Counted from the first letter of the stretch, positions 25,906 through 40,380 are shown. The stretch: DNA of 64,000 nucleotides from Isurus oxyrinchus (GCA_026770705.1 JANJGN010000036.1:1798001-1862000); one strand, 5' to 3'. Numbers and translations: made by a program. The notes: generated by a model not told the origin, from the letters alone.

Positions 25906-27419
25906 TTAGAAACTTCTGCTGGCTGACATCATTCTTTTATGGGACTCCCTCATGGGAAACTTGAGCCAATTGTTAAGTTAAAGCAGCAAATCCGTGCTGC
26001 AAGTTCTCCGCAAGGCTCCACAGGAACCCATGTCAAGGAATCTTCAGGAGAATTCTGAGCGACGGAAGCTGGGTGAGAAGAGGGAGATACATTCATCTTA
26101 ATGTGACTAACGTGATAGAATGAAATACTTTCAGAATTGGTTCTGAAATGAGCAGACAGTGTTGTTCCTCACTGGGTGCCTGAACTGTTTTGCAGAAATT
26201 CTTGACCTTGAAAAACAAAGAAGTGAGTCAGTGACCCTTGCAGCAGAGAGCGGGGCCGGGCAGCAAAGAGGCTGTGACAGCGAGCTTCAGAAAGACGCCT
26301 CGATCACAGCCCATTCCGAGAGTGTGAAAAGCACATCGAGGGCGGAAATCGTTGATCCAGATTCTGACCATTTTACACATGAGATGTAAAGTTGTCCGAG
26401 CCAGAAGCTCTTAGTGGGTTTCCTGTTATTTTACCTTATGTTATGCAAGCTTCACGTACCGAAATGCCTTCAGATTTGAAAGGCTGGATATCAATGTTAA
26501 GCTGCAGAGAGAAGGCGGCTTGCTCCAAAGGTAGATTCAACCGAACAGAGAAGAAGTTGGTTTACAATGAACCTCATTTACAGCGCCCTTATCGACGTGG
26601 CATCTGGTCACTGTTTATCTTCAATCCCGGTTTAGAATAAAATTTACAGGTTCCCAATAGTATTCACAAATGATGCCTTCACTTCACCTGCGGCTCACCG
26701 CGAATACAGTGTCTATTACCCATACACAGGGAACAGTGCAACAGCTCACTCAGGCTTTTAATGTAGTTTTCAATACAATCCACACACAATTCACTCAATA
26801 TGTTGAAGTCTAGGTATTGAGGAGAATGTATCTAGAATATCAAGGTGCAATTCAGGTGAGGTTGTTGAAACATATATTACTTTGCATGAGACTTTATTTT
26901 TGGGGTACATTTCATGCGGTCCTATTACAGAATGTTTCACGTAGTTAACAGAGAGCTTGTGAAGTCTGCAGCATCTGATTTTATGTCAAATCCCACTCGT
27001 CCATTTAATTGGAGTTGGGCAAAGTCCTCATCCTTCTCCTGATCTGATAATATTAACGATAAGCTAATGTCCATGATAGAATTTACCTGTCAGACTTTAC
27101 TGCGAATTTCCTGCTTTTTCCCTTCCAACGTTCTCCTTCTATTTAGTTTATCTCTACAATGAGGACATTCCGCCCTCCCCTGCCTCTCCCCTTCCTCTCA
27201 CGCCCACCCAACCGTTTTGCTTTCATATATTAGCCAATGGAATTGCAGATAAGGCCAATCCCAACACAATGTCATTTTAGAGTAATGTCAAAATATGTTC
27301 ATTTGTGAGAGACAAATATGGAATCATATTGGGCAGCATATGCCTTTGTGTGTGCGTGTTTCTATGTGTATGTGTGTGTTTGTGTCTGTGCGTTTGTGCT
27401 TTTGTGTGTCTGTGTTTAA

Positions 27420-27593
27420 NNNNNNNNNNNNNNNNNNNNNNNNNNNNNNNNNNNNNNNNNNNNNNNNNNNNNNNNNNNNNNNNNNNNNNNNNNNNNNNNN
27501 NNNNNNNNNNNNNNNNNNNNNNNNNNNNNNNNNNNNNNNNNNNNNNNNNNNNNNNNNNNNNNNNNNNNNNNNNNNNNNNNNNNNNNNNNNNNN
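27420..27593. other. N gap within TG-rich repeat
   Basis: Run of N. Confidence 0.99.
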
Positions 27594-27649
27594 AGGTTTA
27601 TGTGTGTGTGTTTATGTGCGTGTGTGTTTGAATGTGATTGTCCGTACCT

Positions 27650-28125
27650 CAGTGGGTCGATGTTCACCTCTGTCACAACCCACCTCCCTCACCCACCTAA
27701 ACACCCCACAGAGTCAGAAGTGGAGGGTTCGAGTCATCATGCTGGAGATTTGAGCAATAAGTGTAGACTAGCTCTTCACTGCAGACCCTAGGGAGCGCTG
27801 CACTGACTAAGGTGCTGCTTTCAGATTCTGTGTTAAACCTTGGCCCTTTCTGCCAATCAGGCGGTGTGAAAGGTGCACCGTCGCTTTTCCGTGAAGAGGT
27901 GGGGATTTGGTTGTCTCTCGTGACATGAGCGATATTAAAATCTCTCGACCGACATCTAAAAACACATTTTCTAGGTCATAATCTCATTGTTTCTTTCCTG
28001 GGATCTTACTCTGCGCAATATAGCTGCCCCGTTACCAATATTACAATGAGTGAGTGCACTACAAGAAGTGTCTGAAAAAATAAATGGGGTTGCTGAAACC
28101 TTGAAAAGCGTGATATTAACACAAG
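27650..28125 (+). mobile_element. DeuSINE/SacSINE-like element
   Basis: CTCAGTGGG..GAGTCAGAAG..GGTTCGAGTC head; GGGAGCGCTGCACTG; GGGATCTTACTCTGCGCAA core. Confidence 0.6.
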
Positions 28126-31100
28126 CCTTTTAATTGTGTCTGTGTTATTCTATCTGGATACGATTAATTCTGTGGGACCTCTCCAACGGCAGAGATGGCT
28201 TAGAGCAAAACATGGTAATCTGATTGGCGAGTTAACATCAATGCAATCCAATAAAATTGAGATTCATCACCCCAATTTTCTGATTACACCTTGGTGATTT
28301 TTGTATTAAGTTGCTTTCCGAATTCTGCTTCTCTATTCCAATGCATTCATTCAGGCAATTCTTGCAACGGCACATTTAGCAAAACATTATAAAACTAAAT
28401 AGGGAACAATGAAAGCAGAGATAATGATACATTTCAAAAGGCAGCATATTTGTGGCAGAAAAAATGCAAAGATATGGGGAAGGACTTGGACGAATTGGGT
28501 TGCTTTTTCAAAGAGTTGGCACAGGCACCATGGCCCGAATGGTTTCCTTCTGTGCTGTATCATTCTATGATTCGATCAAGCACTATTACACAGATAACCT
28601 GAATTCACCTTTAACTACTTTTGAAAGTGAATACATATGCCAGTCTCAGGGTAGCCCTCCCTAAACACTTCCTGGAGTTTGCTGCATTGAAAAATAAATT
28701 ACAATGAAGACGGGATGCAGATAAGAATCTGCACATTTTCTCTCTGATGAATTATGGAGGAAGCAGGATTTTCCAAATAACCCACAGCCTCGTGGACACA
28801 AAACGGAGCCATGGAGACCCCCATAATTTAAGTAAACTACTCCCGCCAGAATTTACAAAACACTGTGTCCTTTTGTGAAATATGAAATAAGTTGTTTTCA
28901 GGATTGTTGAGTGTATTCCACTTTCTTCGTGTAATTCAAATGTGAAAGAAACACTGAACAAATCTTAGGGACATTCTTCAGTTTCTCTGGACCTTTTCTG
29001 CTGAACCTGAAATTCCAGTTAATGACAGGATTTCTATTGCGTTGCAAACGTCGTATGGAAATAAATAAAATAAATTATTTTTCCATTATAACGATTCATC
29101 AGAGGTTTGCATCGATCAATAATTAGCTTATAATTCAAAGTTAAACGGATGAAACTGCAAATCATGTTGAACTGACAATATCCACACTGGATTGAGATGG
29201 TTTGGTGCTGGTGTTCTCTGCGCGAGGTGTGATGTGTTTAATCATTTACATCATTAGATCACAGCAGGAGATGGGGACGGGCCCTCATGCAGGAACCTTG
29301 TGATGGCTCCATTTTACTTTTACACAGTGTGTTCTTCTTTGAGATTAGTATTAAATACATATGGCAGAGCCTTTGGTTCAGTGCAGTGTGTTTTGGAAGA
29401 AGGGGTGATTTTGCAGCTATGTTTCCCCAAGCCGATCACCACTGGGGCATTCAATCCTCATGCCTGGAATGTTGTAGACAAATTAATAGGGATTTATTGC
29501 CATAGCAACCTATTATCATCGTACCACTGAACTGCCAGGTTGGTAGGGTGCAACCTAGATTGATTGTTTTTTTTTCCATTTGCCTGTTTTTATTTCCCTA
29601 TTTTTCTGATCCCAGGTTTGCAAAATTTTGCAACGAAGTTTTCTTTCAGAGAGATAGAGGATTACCCCACAGCCGGGCAAACTTCATTGTCGATCAGGGT
29701 CATATCAGTCTAAATATTCCCATTGTCTTTACTCTGGAATCAAAATGCAAAGCCGGATGAGACGGACGAGCAACAAAAACAGCTCCTGCTAAAGTCATTT
29801 TCAAGATCCATCTCCCAGAAACTTTCCAATAAACTTGTCGAGGATTTAACTGAGCTCCTGACTGTGCTGACCTTGTTAATGTGAATTTAGGTTGTATTGT
29901 AGTGTAACTTACAACAGATATATGTTTACCAGGACTCGGCTTAAGAAGGTTAAACTACAAGAAAAGGTGGCTCAGTCTAGGCTTGCATTCCCTCCGTGAT
30001 GATGTTTCACGACCTCACGAGCCTCCTCCCACACCCTCTGCATCCCGCGCCATCAACACATCATTCCATTCATTTTTCTCCCATGTGATTATTCAAGTTC
30101 CACTGAAAAGCACGTCTGATTGTCACCTCAACTTATCCCCCTGGGATCGAGTTCCGCATTACACCCACACCCTGGGTTAACAAGAGTGTCATGAATTCCC
30201 CACTGGATGTATTAGTGAATATCTAAAACTGATGGCCTATCGTTCTGGTCACCCCCTCAAGTATCCAGTCATTACATAATTTTGAAGACCTTTATCGAGT
30301 CACCCCTTCAGTCTTTCCTTTTCTCGAGAAAAGAATGCCAGCCTGTTCAATCCTATCTGAAATCATGAACTCTCATTCCGGATATCATTCTACTAGAATT
30401 GTTCCCAAATTTTAAACCGCACACATCTCTTATATAAAGATATCCTGAATTGCAGATTCAATGAGCGCATTTGGACTGAGCGACCAAACAACTTCAAAAG
30501 ACAAACGCAGTGCTTGGATTTCAAAACCTGCTTTAATGGGTTGGTAAATTGGACATTGATGCTCTCTTTCATGTTCATACTGAAACAAAGATCCGCAATT
30601 AACTTTAAAAAACTCTAACACAACAAAGTAACACATGTAAAAACTGAGCAGAAAGGTAAAATGTCCTAATGTCCACATTCTTTTGAAATGGAGCCGGTTC
30701 TATTAGGCATGCAGTCATTCCAGTAGGTGATACATTGCCTCATTATTACTGATAAATCTGCGTTCAGAATTTGCGATGACAATGTATTAGGAAGGTTCAC
30801 ACATCCAGGCTTTCCGCCAATGAGGACGAAAAAACTGGAAACTTTCCAGAGCACGTCATATCCCGGATGCAGCATATGAGCTGTCAATTTCCATTGCTAT
30901 CAGAGTGTGGGGTCCGCAAAAACCGCCAGCCGAGCATAAAGAGTCTGCAACAGAATGCACAGACAGTGATCATGAGAAACAGCATCATCAGGGGGCAGAG
31001 AGAGGACATTCAGTCTTTCGAGCCTTTCCCGCTAGACAGTTAAATCATTTTGGATCCGCATCTCAATCCTATTTACCCTCGTTGCTACCATAACACTTAA

Positions 31101-31459
31101 TCCAACGAAAATCTATCATACTGTGTTTCAGCATTTTCAGCTGACCCCTCATTTAATTTTGTTTACATATATTGTCAACGTGCTATTGAAAAGGTAAACT
31201 CTGTTATCTTAAAGCATGCGCCATGCAAAGTCTCATAAACACATATGACTGTAACCAGAAACCTTCAATCTTGAATTTAAAATCTGCCACCCCTATTTAC
31301 AGTCGCAAAGAACGATTTCTATTCATAGATACCGCCTTTTCTTCTGTACGTGCTCTGGAATATTTCAGTTCCTTATCAATGTTCACGTTGCTTGTTAGGA
31401 AGAGAATTTTAAAATGAGTGTAACTGTCCACATTTCACACTGAACCGGCTGAAAGTGTT

Positions 31460-31594
31460 AAAAACAAAGAAAACTGCGGATGCTGGAAATCCAAAACAAA
31501 AACAGAATTACCTGGAAAAACTCAGCAGGTCTGGCAGCATCGGCGGAGAAGAAAAGAGTTGACGTTTCGAGTCCTCATGACCCTTCGACAGAAC
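31460..31594 (-). mobile_element. Short Penelope terminal fragment in gene C intron
   Basis: Near-identical to parts of 25796-25905 and 8400-8500. Confidence 0.8.
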
Positions 31595-32697
31595 ACAGCT
31601 CTGCGACAAGTAGATAGATTAAGAGCGCTCCTGAGTTACAACATCTCCCTACAATCTCTTCCTGTCTGCTGGTTCTTGCAGATCCTTCTCCCGGCGAGCA
31701 AGACTAACGCCAGAAGGAATACCGCCGCCAACAAACTCCTGGAATGCGAGAAACTGCAGGGGGCAGGTAGCGGTGAATCTGGAGAGCAAATAAAAAAGCA
31801 TTGTATTTGAAAATAAATCCGGTAACTGAAGCCTTTTGACTCTGACAGAACGTTCAAGTAGACTCTAGCACACCGGAGCTAGAGATGGGCAAATAATGTC
31901 AGTCTTGTTAATATCATCATCTCCGGGTCATGAAAAAAAACGCTGAAACACATTAGAAAAGCAAAGCGAATTTGAAAAGCTGAAATCAGATGGATGGATA
32001 TGGAGAGTTAAATAGAGTTAGAGGGACAATTATAGAGGTAGATAGATGGATGGATCGATAGAAGGATAATTGGATAGATAGAAAGGCAGACGGACAGGTA
32101 AGCAGAGAGGCAGGTAGGTAGATAGATAGATACACACATATATACTCACGTACACAGATAAATGCATACATACATAAATATATGTAAGGACAATAATATG
32201 ACAGCACTACACAAGAATGACCAGAGTGGTGTGGGACACAGGATGAAGCAATGGGGCCTCCAAGTTTCTGCTGACCCTTCAAAGTCCACATTGCAATTCA
32301 GCACTTCCAAACCCCATCAAACTCATCCATCCCCTGCATTCATCTAACTTTCTATCCATCTTCCCACATCTACTACAAGCTGCACGCTTTATAATTTCCC
32401 AATAGCCATCTTGTGAGGCACATGAAGTCCTGTGGAAATCCATTCACGTAATATCCAACGTATTCTCTTTAAATATCCATTCAGACATTTCTTCAGCATA
32501 AAAGCTCTATTCAACTCTTTAAACATAACCACACTTTCACAAACCGGTGCGGGCTGACCTTAACTACCCCATCTACTGAGAAATGCTCACCTATTTCATT
32601 TAGAATAATGGATGGTAAAAGTTTGACCGCCAGTCATGTTAGACTGAGTTGCTTATAGTTCCCAAACTGACTTCTATGCTCTGCTTTTGATTCAACA

Positions 32698-32880
32698 TTA
32701 GGATTAGAAGGTTTTTGCTAGGAATGATGACGATTAGGGTTAAGGTTCTGCTTAGGTTTGGGTAAGGGTTAGGACTAGCATAAGGGTGAGGATTAAGGCT
32801 GGGATTTTGGTTCGGGTTCGGAGCAGGTTTCACGTCAGGGTTAGGATTAGGGTTAGGATTAGTGTTAGCGCTAGGGTTAT
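32698..32880 (+). repeat. Degenerate interstitial (TTAGGG)n-like tract
   Basis: Hexamer periodicity with TTAGGG/TTAGGA/TAAGGG variants. Confidence 0.75.
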
Positions 32881-32959
32881 ACACTCACTGGAAATGAGTC
32901 TAAATCGGATATAGGAGCAGAGTGAAATTGGTTACAGACACAAACACACATGGCATCAG

Positions 32960-33620
32960 AAACAGAGTTTAATAAGGCCACAAAAAGCAACACACCCAGC
33001 ACTGGGAGTAATGCCTAAATAAATTGAAATGAAAAATAGAAAAACCTTTGTTGAAGTTATCATTAGATTAGTTGGACAACACTTGTAGTCATGTGAACAA
33101 TAATATAGAGCATTGGAAAGGGGGTAACAAAAATCCTTTACCTGGATGACATCAACGCTGAGAGGTTATAATTATCAGAAAGCTTGAAAAGACTGGGGTA
33201 CTTTTCTCTACAAAAGAACAGACGAAAGGTTGACCTGATGGAGATCTTTAGGCTTTTGAAGTGGTTTGTGAGGATAGAAGTAGAAACATTTTTTCGACAT
33301 TGTAGGGTAGAGAACTGGTCTCTGGGCCATCAATAAATAACAGTCCCTAATATCTCCAATCAGGGATTGAGGAGAAATTTATATACCCAAAGAATAGGGA
33401 GAATGTGGAACTCGTTACTACAAGGAGTGGTTCAGGTGGATAGCACAGATGCATTTAGGGCAAAGCTGGATAAACACATGAGGTCGGAAGTAAAAGAAGG
33501 ATATGTTGATTCTGTGATTTAAAGTGGGAATGGAGAGGGCTTGTGTGGAGCATAAATAGCAGCACGGAGCAGAGGAGCCGAATGGCCTGTCTCTGTCCTG
33601 GAAACTCTGTGGAATATCGA
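32960..33620 (+). mobile_element. CR1-type LINE 3' fragment
   Basis: CR1-like tail including GAATGTGGAACTCGTTAC and GCCGAATGGCCTGT; homologous pieces follow genes A and F. Confidence 0.65.
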
Positions 33621-36600
33621 TAAAAACAGAAAGGAATCAGCGGAGAAAGTAGTAAACGGAAAACTGGGGTGTTATTTTATCATTGACATTCTAGAATGTC
33701 CTTTTTCCCGCCATACACATTAATCCCAATGAGACAGATAGATGAATATTTCATAATGCTTTACACTGGGAAAATGAGATGTTTTAGAGAGGGGTTTCAT
33801 TGGCACATGGGAAGGGGGAATATTTAACGTTCAAAGAGATATTGCCAAAAATAAGCGACATATAAACTGAAGCAGGAAACTATTAATAGCTACCTCTCTC
33901 AGACAAGGAACTTTCACTGAGAAGAGCTTCACTGGAGTTGATTTTAGCGGCTGAAGTAAAGCGAGAGCCACTGCTCCAATTCCCGCCCGAAGAATTATAT
34001 GGCTCCTGACGGCACAAGTTCCGTCCGTCTCGATGATCCCAAAGTCGCTCTGCCGCTCAGTATCGCTTCCGCAAACATTCCAGCGGACAGCAAACGAATC
34101 GGTGTCCACACCCTTCACCAAACACACCAAAGGGACGCTTTCCATTGAGGCAATTTCAGCTGGTGGCGGAATTAAGAGGTAGAGTATTGGAGATCCTGGC
34201 GGGATGGAGAGATAGGATTCAATCGCTATTGGGTATAAGCTGCTGATTAGTTATGGTGCAAAGTGTAAAATAATCGTAATGTTTACCTGTAATGAGCAAT
34301 TTGGAACTTCCAACCATCAAGGGCATTCCGCTGAGCTCATTAGCTGAACAGTAATACACACCCGAATTATTGCATGTCCGTAATGACCAGAGAATAGAGA
34401 GTGTATGTCTGGTTAACGTCTCCCGAAAATCTCCTGGTTGGAGAGTTGTATTTTGTCACAGCGTAAACAAGTTGTCGATTCTCCTGGTGCTGATATTGAT
34501 ACCACTGGACTGCTCCCCCTGCCAACCAGCCGGTGTGACAATGCACCTTGTAGGTACTTCCAAACGAGAGACTATGGGCCGCCGGAGTCTGGGATAAAAC
34601 TGCCTGAGATACAATATCTGAGAGGGACAAAAATCAACACTAGAGGTTCTGTTGTGGCAGCAAAAGAGAACATGTTTCCCCTTAAGAATTGGCTACAGCA
34701 GTAAACTATAAAACAGACCAGCCCCTCATTCATAGATCCGGTGGACTCAAGTGCTGAAGGTTGTATTTGAAACAATTGCAGGCGCCAAGTTGAAAGAGAA
34801 ACGGGTTTGCAGCCAGTGAAGGTTTTTTTCAAGTGCAGCCGCTGTTGTAAAACAGGGAATTCGGAGAATTTGCGCACAGCAAGATTCCAGACACAGCAAT
34901 GTGATATTCACCCAGATTGTTTTTTCTGACGTTGTTTGAGGGATAAAATCTGTCCCGGGGTGGCCAAGGAAAACAACCAGCCCCCGGATCATCAACCGAC
35001 CCTCCCACCACCCACCAACCCCACGTCCACCCAAAGTCGCCCGAAACACCGCCAATCCCCCCCGCATACCCCAACCCCAAACCCACTCCACCCCCCCCTC
35101 CCCCCCACCACACCCAGCATATTTTGTTCGCTGGGGAAATGGAGCGCTTTTCACTCCAAAGGGGCAGACAGGGGATCTCTGTTCACCAGGTAGTCCGATC
35201 GTTTGGAGAATGGTGACATGTGATCGATTATGATCAGGTGGGATCACGTTTTTCTTCAACATGAAGCTAATATGATAGGATGTAGGTTTGGAATAATTTT
35301 ACACCTGACTGACTACCTCAGTGGCCTCAGAATTGCAATAAGACATTTCTGAATGAAGAGTGAAGAAGACACAAACCTGGAAACAGATGCAGCAACGCGC
35401 AGGACGTTAACAATCTCATGTTCGGCACTCCCGGACAGGTTGCTCTGCAATTTACACAATCTCTTCTCTCTGATGTCCCTGTGCTCGGCCTCGGGGTCCG
35501 GAAGACATGGAGAAAATGCATATTTTGCAGAGATTAGGTGCACCGTTCAACATTAGCATACTGGAAAAATCAGCCCCTGTAACTGTTGGCTGAGAGTTTC
35601 CTCTTTACAGGTTCGGAGTCCACGCACAGCTCTGCCTGCAAAGGGCAACACGTTACAGCTCGTGTGAAAAGCCTGTGAAAGGTGGGACGCGGCCCAGAGT
35701 GGCTCAAACTGTAGGCAAAAGGCAATGGTGCTGAACCAACAATATTTATGCTTGTGACTTTTGCATGGGCGCAGCGTTAACACCCCCATTTCCGAGCGTT
35801 GTGTTTAATTCCTCCACAACACACTAATTTATTCTAGTCTCCACAAAAATAACATGCCAGCTTGAAGAAAGCAGGAATCAGATGTTAATACTTTAGTCAC
35901 TGTTTCACCCAATACATGTCTCCACGCCTGTCGCGTTGTGTCAGAATTACTCCTTCACTCGCACCCAAGCCCCTTGCACCAATTACCCTGGATCTGTAAT
36001 ATAGCCATTCTCTGAGAGGGATCCTGTACGGCCAGGAGGGCAGAGTTGCATAGAAAGCTACTGTGAGGTGGAAAGTGAATCTGGGTCGATTTAATTGCTG
36101 AAGTGTCCCATATCAAGCTGGAAACATTCCAGCCCTTGGCCATACAGCAGCCATACACTCACAAAACGTTTAGATATAGTCACCATTGATTGTTGGGGAA
36201 TCTTGGCCAGAGAGGAGCAAAATCCCTTTTAAGCGTGTGGAACAGGATATACGAAACAGAAGAGAATGTACCAAACCAAGCTTTACTGTAGAGAAAGTGT
36301 GGGCGCAGCGGTGCTCCGATGGATAGACAGGGGTTATGGAATGAAGGTGGCTAGACAGAGTTAAAGTATCGATCAATAGCCTGATTTAATTGCAGAACAA
36401 ACTCAATTGAGAGGATGTATGGCCTCCTCCTGCTGCATTGTTCCAGTAGGATTTGGAGGTCAAGCTAGTAAAAGACAAATTGAGTACTGATATCAGAAGG
36501 TCTATGACAATTAGACGGATTAACATTGGGAAATGTTCTCTGGGTAGGGCGAATGGTGTGGCGAGTTGGGGGTTGGGTATTGGCGTGGATGGTGAAAGCC

Positions 36601-37019
36601 ACTGAAATTATTTAGGAAACAGGTGTTATTCTGATGTTTGAGGGAGGCATAACGTTTCTGGATGGATGAACAGTGCATAGTGAACGAACTTTTCCATCTG
36701 CATCTTGTAAAAAGGCTCTCTAAATTATCTTTACAATATCTGTGCAAAATCTAATTTCACAGCAGAATAAACGATGATAATTTGAGAATATTTCTAACCA
36801 CTAGAACAGGACTGACAAAAGATTGTCAGATCCAATTATTCAGTCATCTTAACAACAACGGCATCCAGTTTTTTAAAGTTTTGAAATAAATTCTCAGGGA
36901 AACAAAATCTCAATTTTTAGTCATGCATTTCACTGATCTTCTGATGTGAGGAGTAAATTGTGTTAACGTTCCCAAATTATTAACATCACCAGCAATCCGC
37001 TTTCAGGTGTAAGTGTTTT

Positions 37020-37480
37020 GCATCACCTTCCTGTTCCTCTCCTGTTGTGTTCTCATCGTGTAAGTCATTAACACAGCTCCGCTCACACAGAAAAACCCAC
37101 AACTACCAGCATCTCAACCCAGGACTGATTTTGCCATCTCAGAACAAATTGCAGTTTCACCCAGGTGACATTTAAGTATAAGCTAAATATTGATCAAAAC
37201 AAACCTCTACTGTGTCGTTAAAATCAAAGAATAATTTATATTATTTACATACAGACATTTGCAAAGAAATAATAACCCTGTCGGTAACTGGAGTTACAGA
37301 GTTCGCATAAAAGATTGAGAAAAACTAAAGGAAGCCCCGAATCTTTGCTCAATGTTGCGTTCACACTTAAATTATACTAATGCAGTGTAATATCAGTCGC
37401 AATATTCAATGCAACTTACTTCATATTTTATTAAAATGAGCCAGTCTTTGTATGTGCTGACGATTTCACGGGGAAAGCTG
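37020..37480. repeat. Low-copy block, copy 1 of 3 (others about 38195-38645 and 42575-43030); putative 3' UTR of subfamily-2 genes
   Basis: Shared strings such as CAGCATCTCAAnnCAGGACTGAT, TAACTGGAGTTACAG and TTGCTCAATGTT in the same order. Confidence 0.8.
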
Positions 37481-38646
37481 TCCCTGTAATTTAAACCTTA
37501 TAGCTCCTATATCGTCCTGTTGAGCTTAGATCTGACTTGCATAACCCCACTGCATAATCAAAATTCAGATACACAAGAATGCTACTGTTAAGAGTTCATT
37601 CTTATCCACAGGAGATTTATTGGACAGTTCCTGGGATATGGATCTTGAAAGAGTTTTAACAGGGAGTTCTTTGTTCTCCCGGAATTTCTGATCCGTTTCC
37701 ATTATCTGATCCTGGAGTAATGAGAATGGGAATATGCAGACTGATGTGACTTTGATCGATATTGCAGTGTAACCCCCAGGTGTGGTGTCCTCCTCCCACT
37801 TCTCTCCCCCTTCTCTCCCTCTGTCTCCCTCTCTCTCTCTCTCTAACTGAATATCTTGTTGCTAATGTTTGCAAACCTAGGATTTGCAAAACAGTAATAT
37901 CTACACTGAAAAATACGAAATTCCATCAATATTGCATTCCATCATGCTGGCGGTTACATTATACAATGATAACTGGGTTTCCATGGCAATACATTTCTAT
38001 CAAACTGCCCACAATATCCCAGACATGAGAAGAGAATCACCCAGTGGTGGGGATTTTTGGGAATCATTATTCCTCAGTCACCTGTTTTTTTCCAAAACAA
38101 ACTGCACTCACCCCATTTCTCTAACTTGTAGGCTTAAACTTAAATACAAACAAAAAAAACAGTGTAAAAGTAAATTTGAACCCTCATAGGTCTCCTGCAT
38201 CTGCTTCCTGTTCCTCTACTGTTGTGTTTTAATCCTGTAAATCATAACTCTCAGATAGAGAAACCCACAACAACAGCATCTCAACCCAGGACTGATATTG
38301 CCATCTCAAAATTAATTGCAGTTTCAGCCAGGTGACATATAATTATAAGCTAAATATTGATCAAACCAAATTTCTACTGTGTCCTTAAAATCGAAGAATA
38401 ATTTATTTTATTTACATACAGGCATTTGCAAGGAAATAATAACCCTTTCTCTAACTGGAGTTACAGGGTGCGCATAAACGATTGAGAGAAACACAAAGAA
38501 GTCCCTAATTTTTGCTCAATGTTACTTTCACGCTTGAATTACACTAATACAGTAGACTTTCCTTCACAATATTCAAGGCAACCTATTTTATATGTTCTTA
38601 AAAATGAGCCTGTCTTTGTGAGCCCTGACGATTGCAGGGGTAAAGC

Positions 38647-38838
38647 TTAATTTTTTGATGGGGATCTCCATGGCTCAACTGTTATTTGTACAAGGCTGTG
38701 GGTTCTTCGGCAAATCCTCTCTCCTCCATAATTCATCGGACAGAAAAGGTCCGGATTCTCATCTGCGACCTGCCTTCTTTTTTGATCTCTTTTCCAATGC
38801 ACCATGTCCAAAGAGGCGTAGTGAGGTCCGCCCTGAGA
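38647..38838 (-). pseudogene. Orphan paralog of the D terminal exon (YxxL tail)
   Basis: CCCAG acceptor; SQGGPHYASLDMVHWKRDQKRRQVA..; colinear with 43221-43030 including flanks. Confidence 0.65.
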
Positions 38839-40310
38839 CTGGGAGACACATTCAACATTATTGTTCAAAAATAATTTAAGAAGACGCGTCAGATTATCTC
38901 GCCGGCAATCGCGTTTCATAGAATCATGGATTGATACATCCCAGGAGGAGGCCATTCGGTCCATTATTTCCCTTTCGGGCTTTTTGTAAACGCCATCCAA
39001 TTAGTCCCACTCTCCCCTTCTCTGACCCCTTAAGCCAACTATTTTCTCCCCTTCAAGTCTTCATTCTTGAATCTGTCATTGATTCTGCTTTCATTGCCGT
39101 CTGTACCGATTTGAGCTTGTTTTGTTTAATGTGTCTATGCAAGAATTACCTGAAGAAATGTTTTGTAACGGATAAGTGAAATCGGAAAGCAGTTAATACA
39201 AAAATCACCAAAGTTTAATCAGGAAACTGGAAAGTTAGTGATAAATCTCAACAGCGAGTTCTAAAAACCTGATTCTAAAATGTTTGTATTTGTGTGTGGC
39301 GATATTTCATTATTTCCATCCAAGTTTATAAAAACACACTGAGGTAGATCATTCGGAAGGATTAGAAATAAAACTCTGAGTCACTTCGAGCCCGGTTTCA
39401 TTCTCAATTACTCAATTATTGTTTCAGAGAAGAAAATCTATTGTGGAAAGCTTTCTTGGAAATTCACAAAATTGTGGTAGGAATAGACACGTGAGGCAAT
39501 GCGCATTCAGCCCTATTGACTGAGGGTACAATGACTACGGAATACACATTTACATGTTGGGCCAAGAGATGCAGGGGGATGTGAGGGATATCCTACTTCA
39601 GGCAATGAGTGATAATGGCCTGGAACTTACATACCAAGAGTGATGGAAGGGGAGAGAATGAATGATTACAAATGTACGTTTACTGAGGCAAATAATCTTA
39701 CCGGCTCAATGTCAAATATCGGAATTAGGGTTTTAATTGCGTTGATCCAAGATAACGGGTATGCCATCCATGGTCGAGTGACCTTCCTCTGTTTTGTAAT
39801 AATTCTATGGTTCTATGACTCCGGGAGACATCTGGACCTGTGTCAGCTACGCATATAATGAAATAACACTTCATCAGGGGGATAATCCAGAAACACAATG
39901 AATGCTCAGTTACAATGAATATCATGATTTGGGAGAGATTCCTGCTCTCGGCCTCCTAACACTCAGACCGTGTGAATATTATTATCAATCGCTCGAAGCA
40001 TATTCGTGAAGAAATGTATCAGGACTACTTTGTTGCTCAATATGAAACCGCATTATCCCCTGATGGTCAGGAATTTGTTCCCAGTGCATTCAGAGCCGAG
40101 GCTAATACAGTTGTATCATCAAAGTTGGGTTTGCAAAGACAATTTCAAATCTTATGGGGAGATTGAAAGAGCGAAAAAAAGAGATTGAATTCCTTTAATC
40201 TTGCACCAACTAAACAGAACAGAGAGCTGAGGTGAAAAATGAGGCGACTGAAATATTGCCACATGCATCAGAACAATTATACATCATTAACAGATGAAAT
40301 AAAAACTCAC

Positions 40311-40380
40311 CAGGAACTCCAACTGCTGCAAGAAAAGGATAGTAAATGTGATCTATCGGAAGAATGAATGCATGTACCAT
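40311..40380 (-). CDS. GPR139-like GPCR first coding exon (exon 2 not found; possible remnant)
   Basis: MVHAFILPIDHIYYPFLAAVGVP followed by phase-1 donor G|GTGAGT; YYP.LAA.GVP is the GPR139-type TM1 start. Confidence 0.7.

Larger units (their letters stand above)
30900..34617 (-). pseudogene. Gene C: inverted VJ-C1-TM pseudogene
   Basis: V-J 34617-34287 (331 nt, frameshift before SGVYYC); C1 34195-33894 (frameshift, second Cys lost); TM 31778-31662 (donor GT changed to GA); Cyt1 31391-31333 (acceptor mutated); Cyt2 30944-30900 TLYARLAVFADPTL*. Confidence 0.9.
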
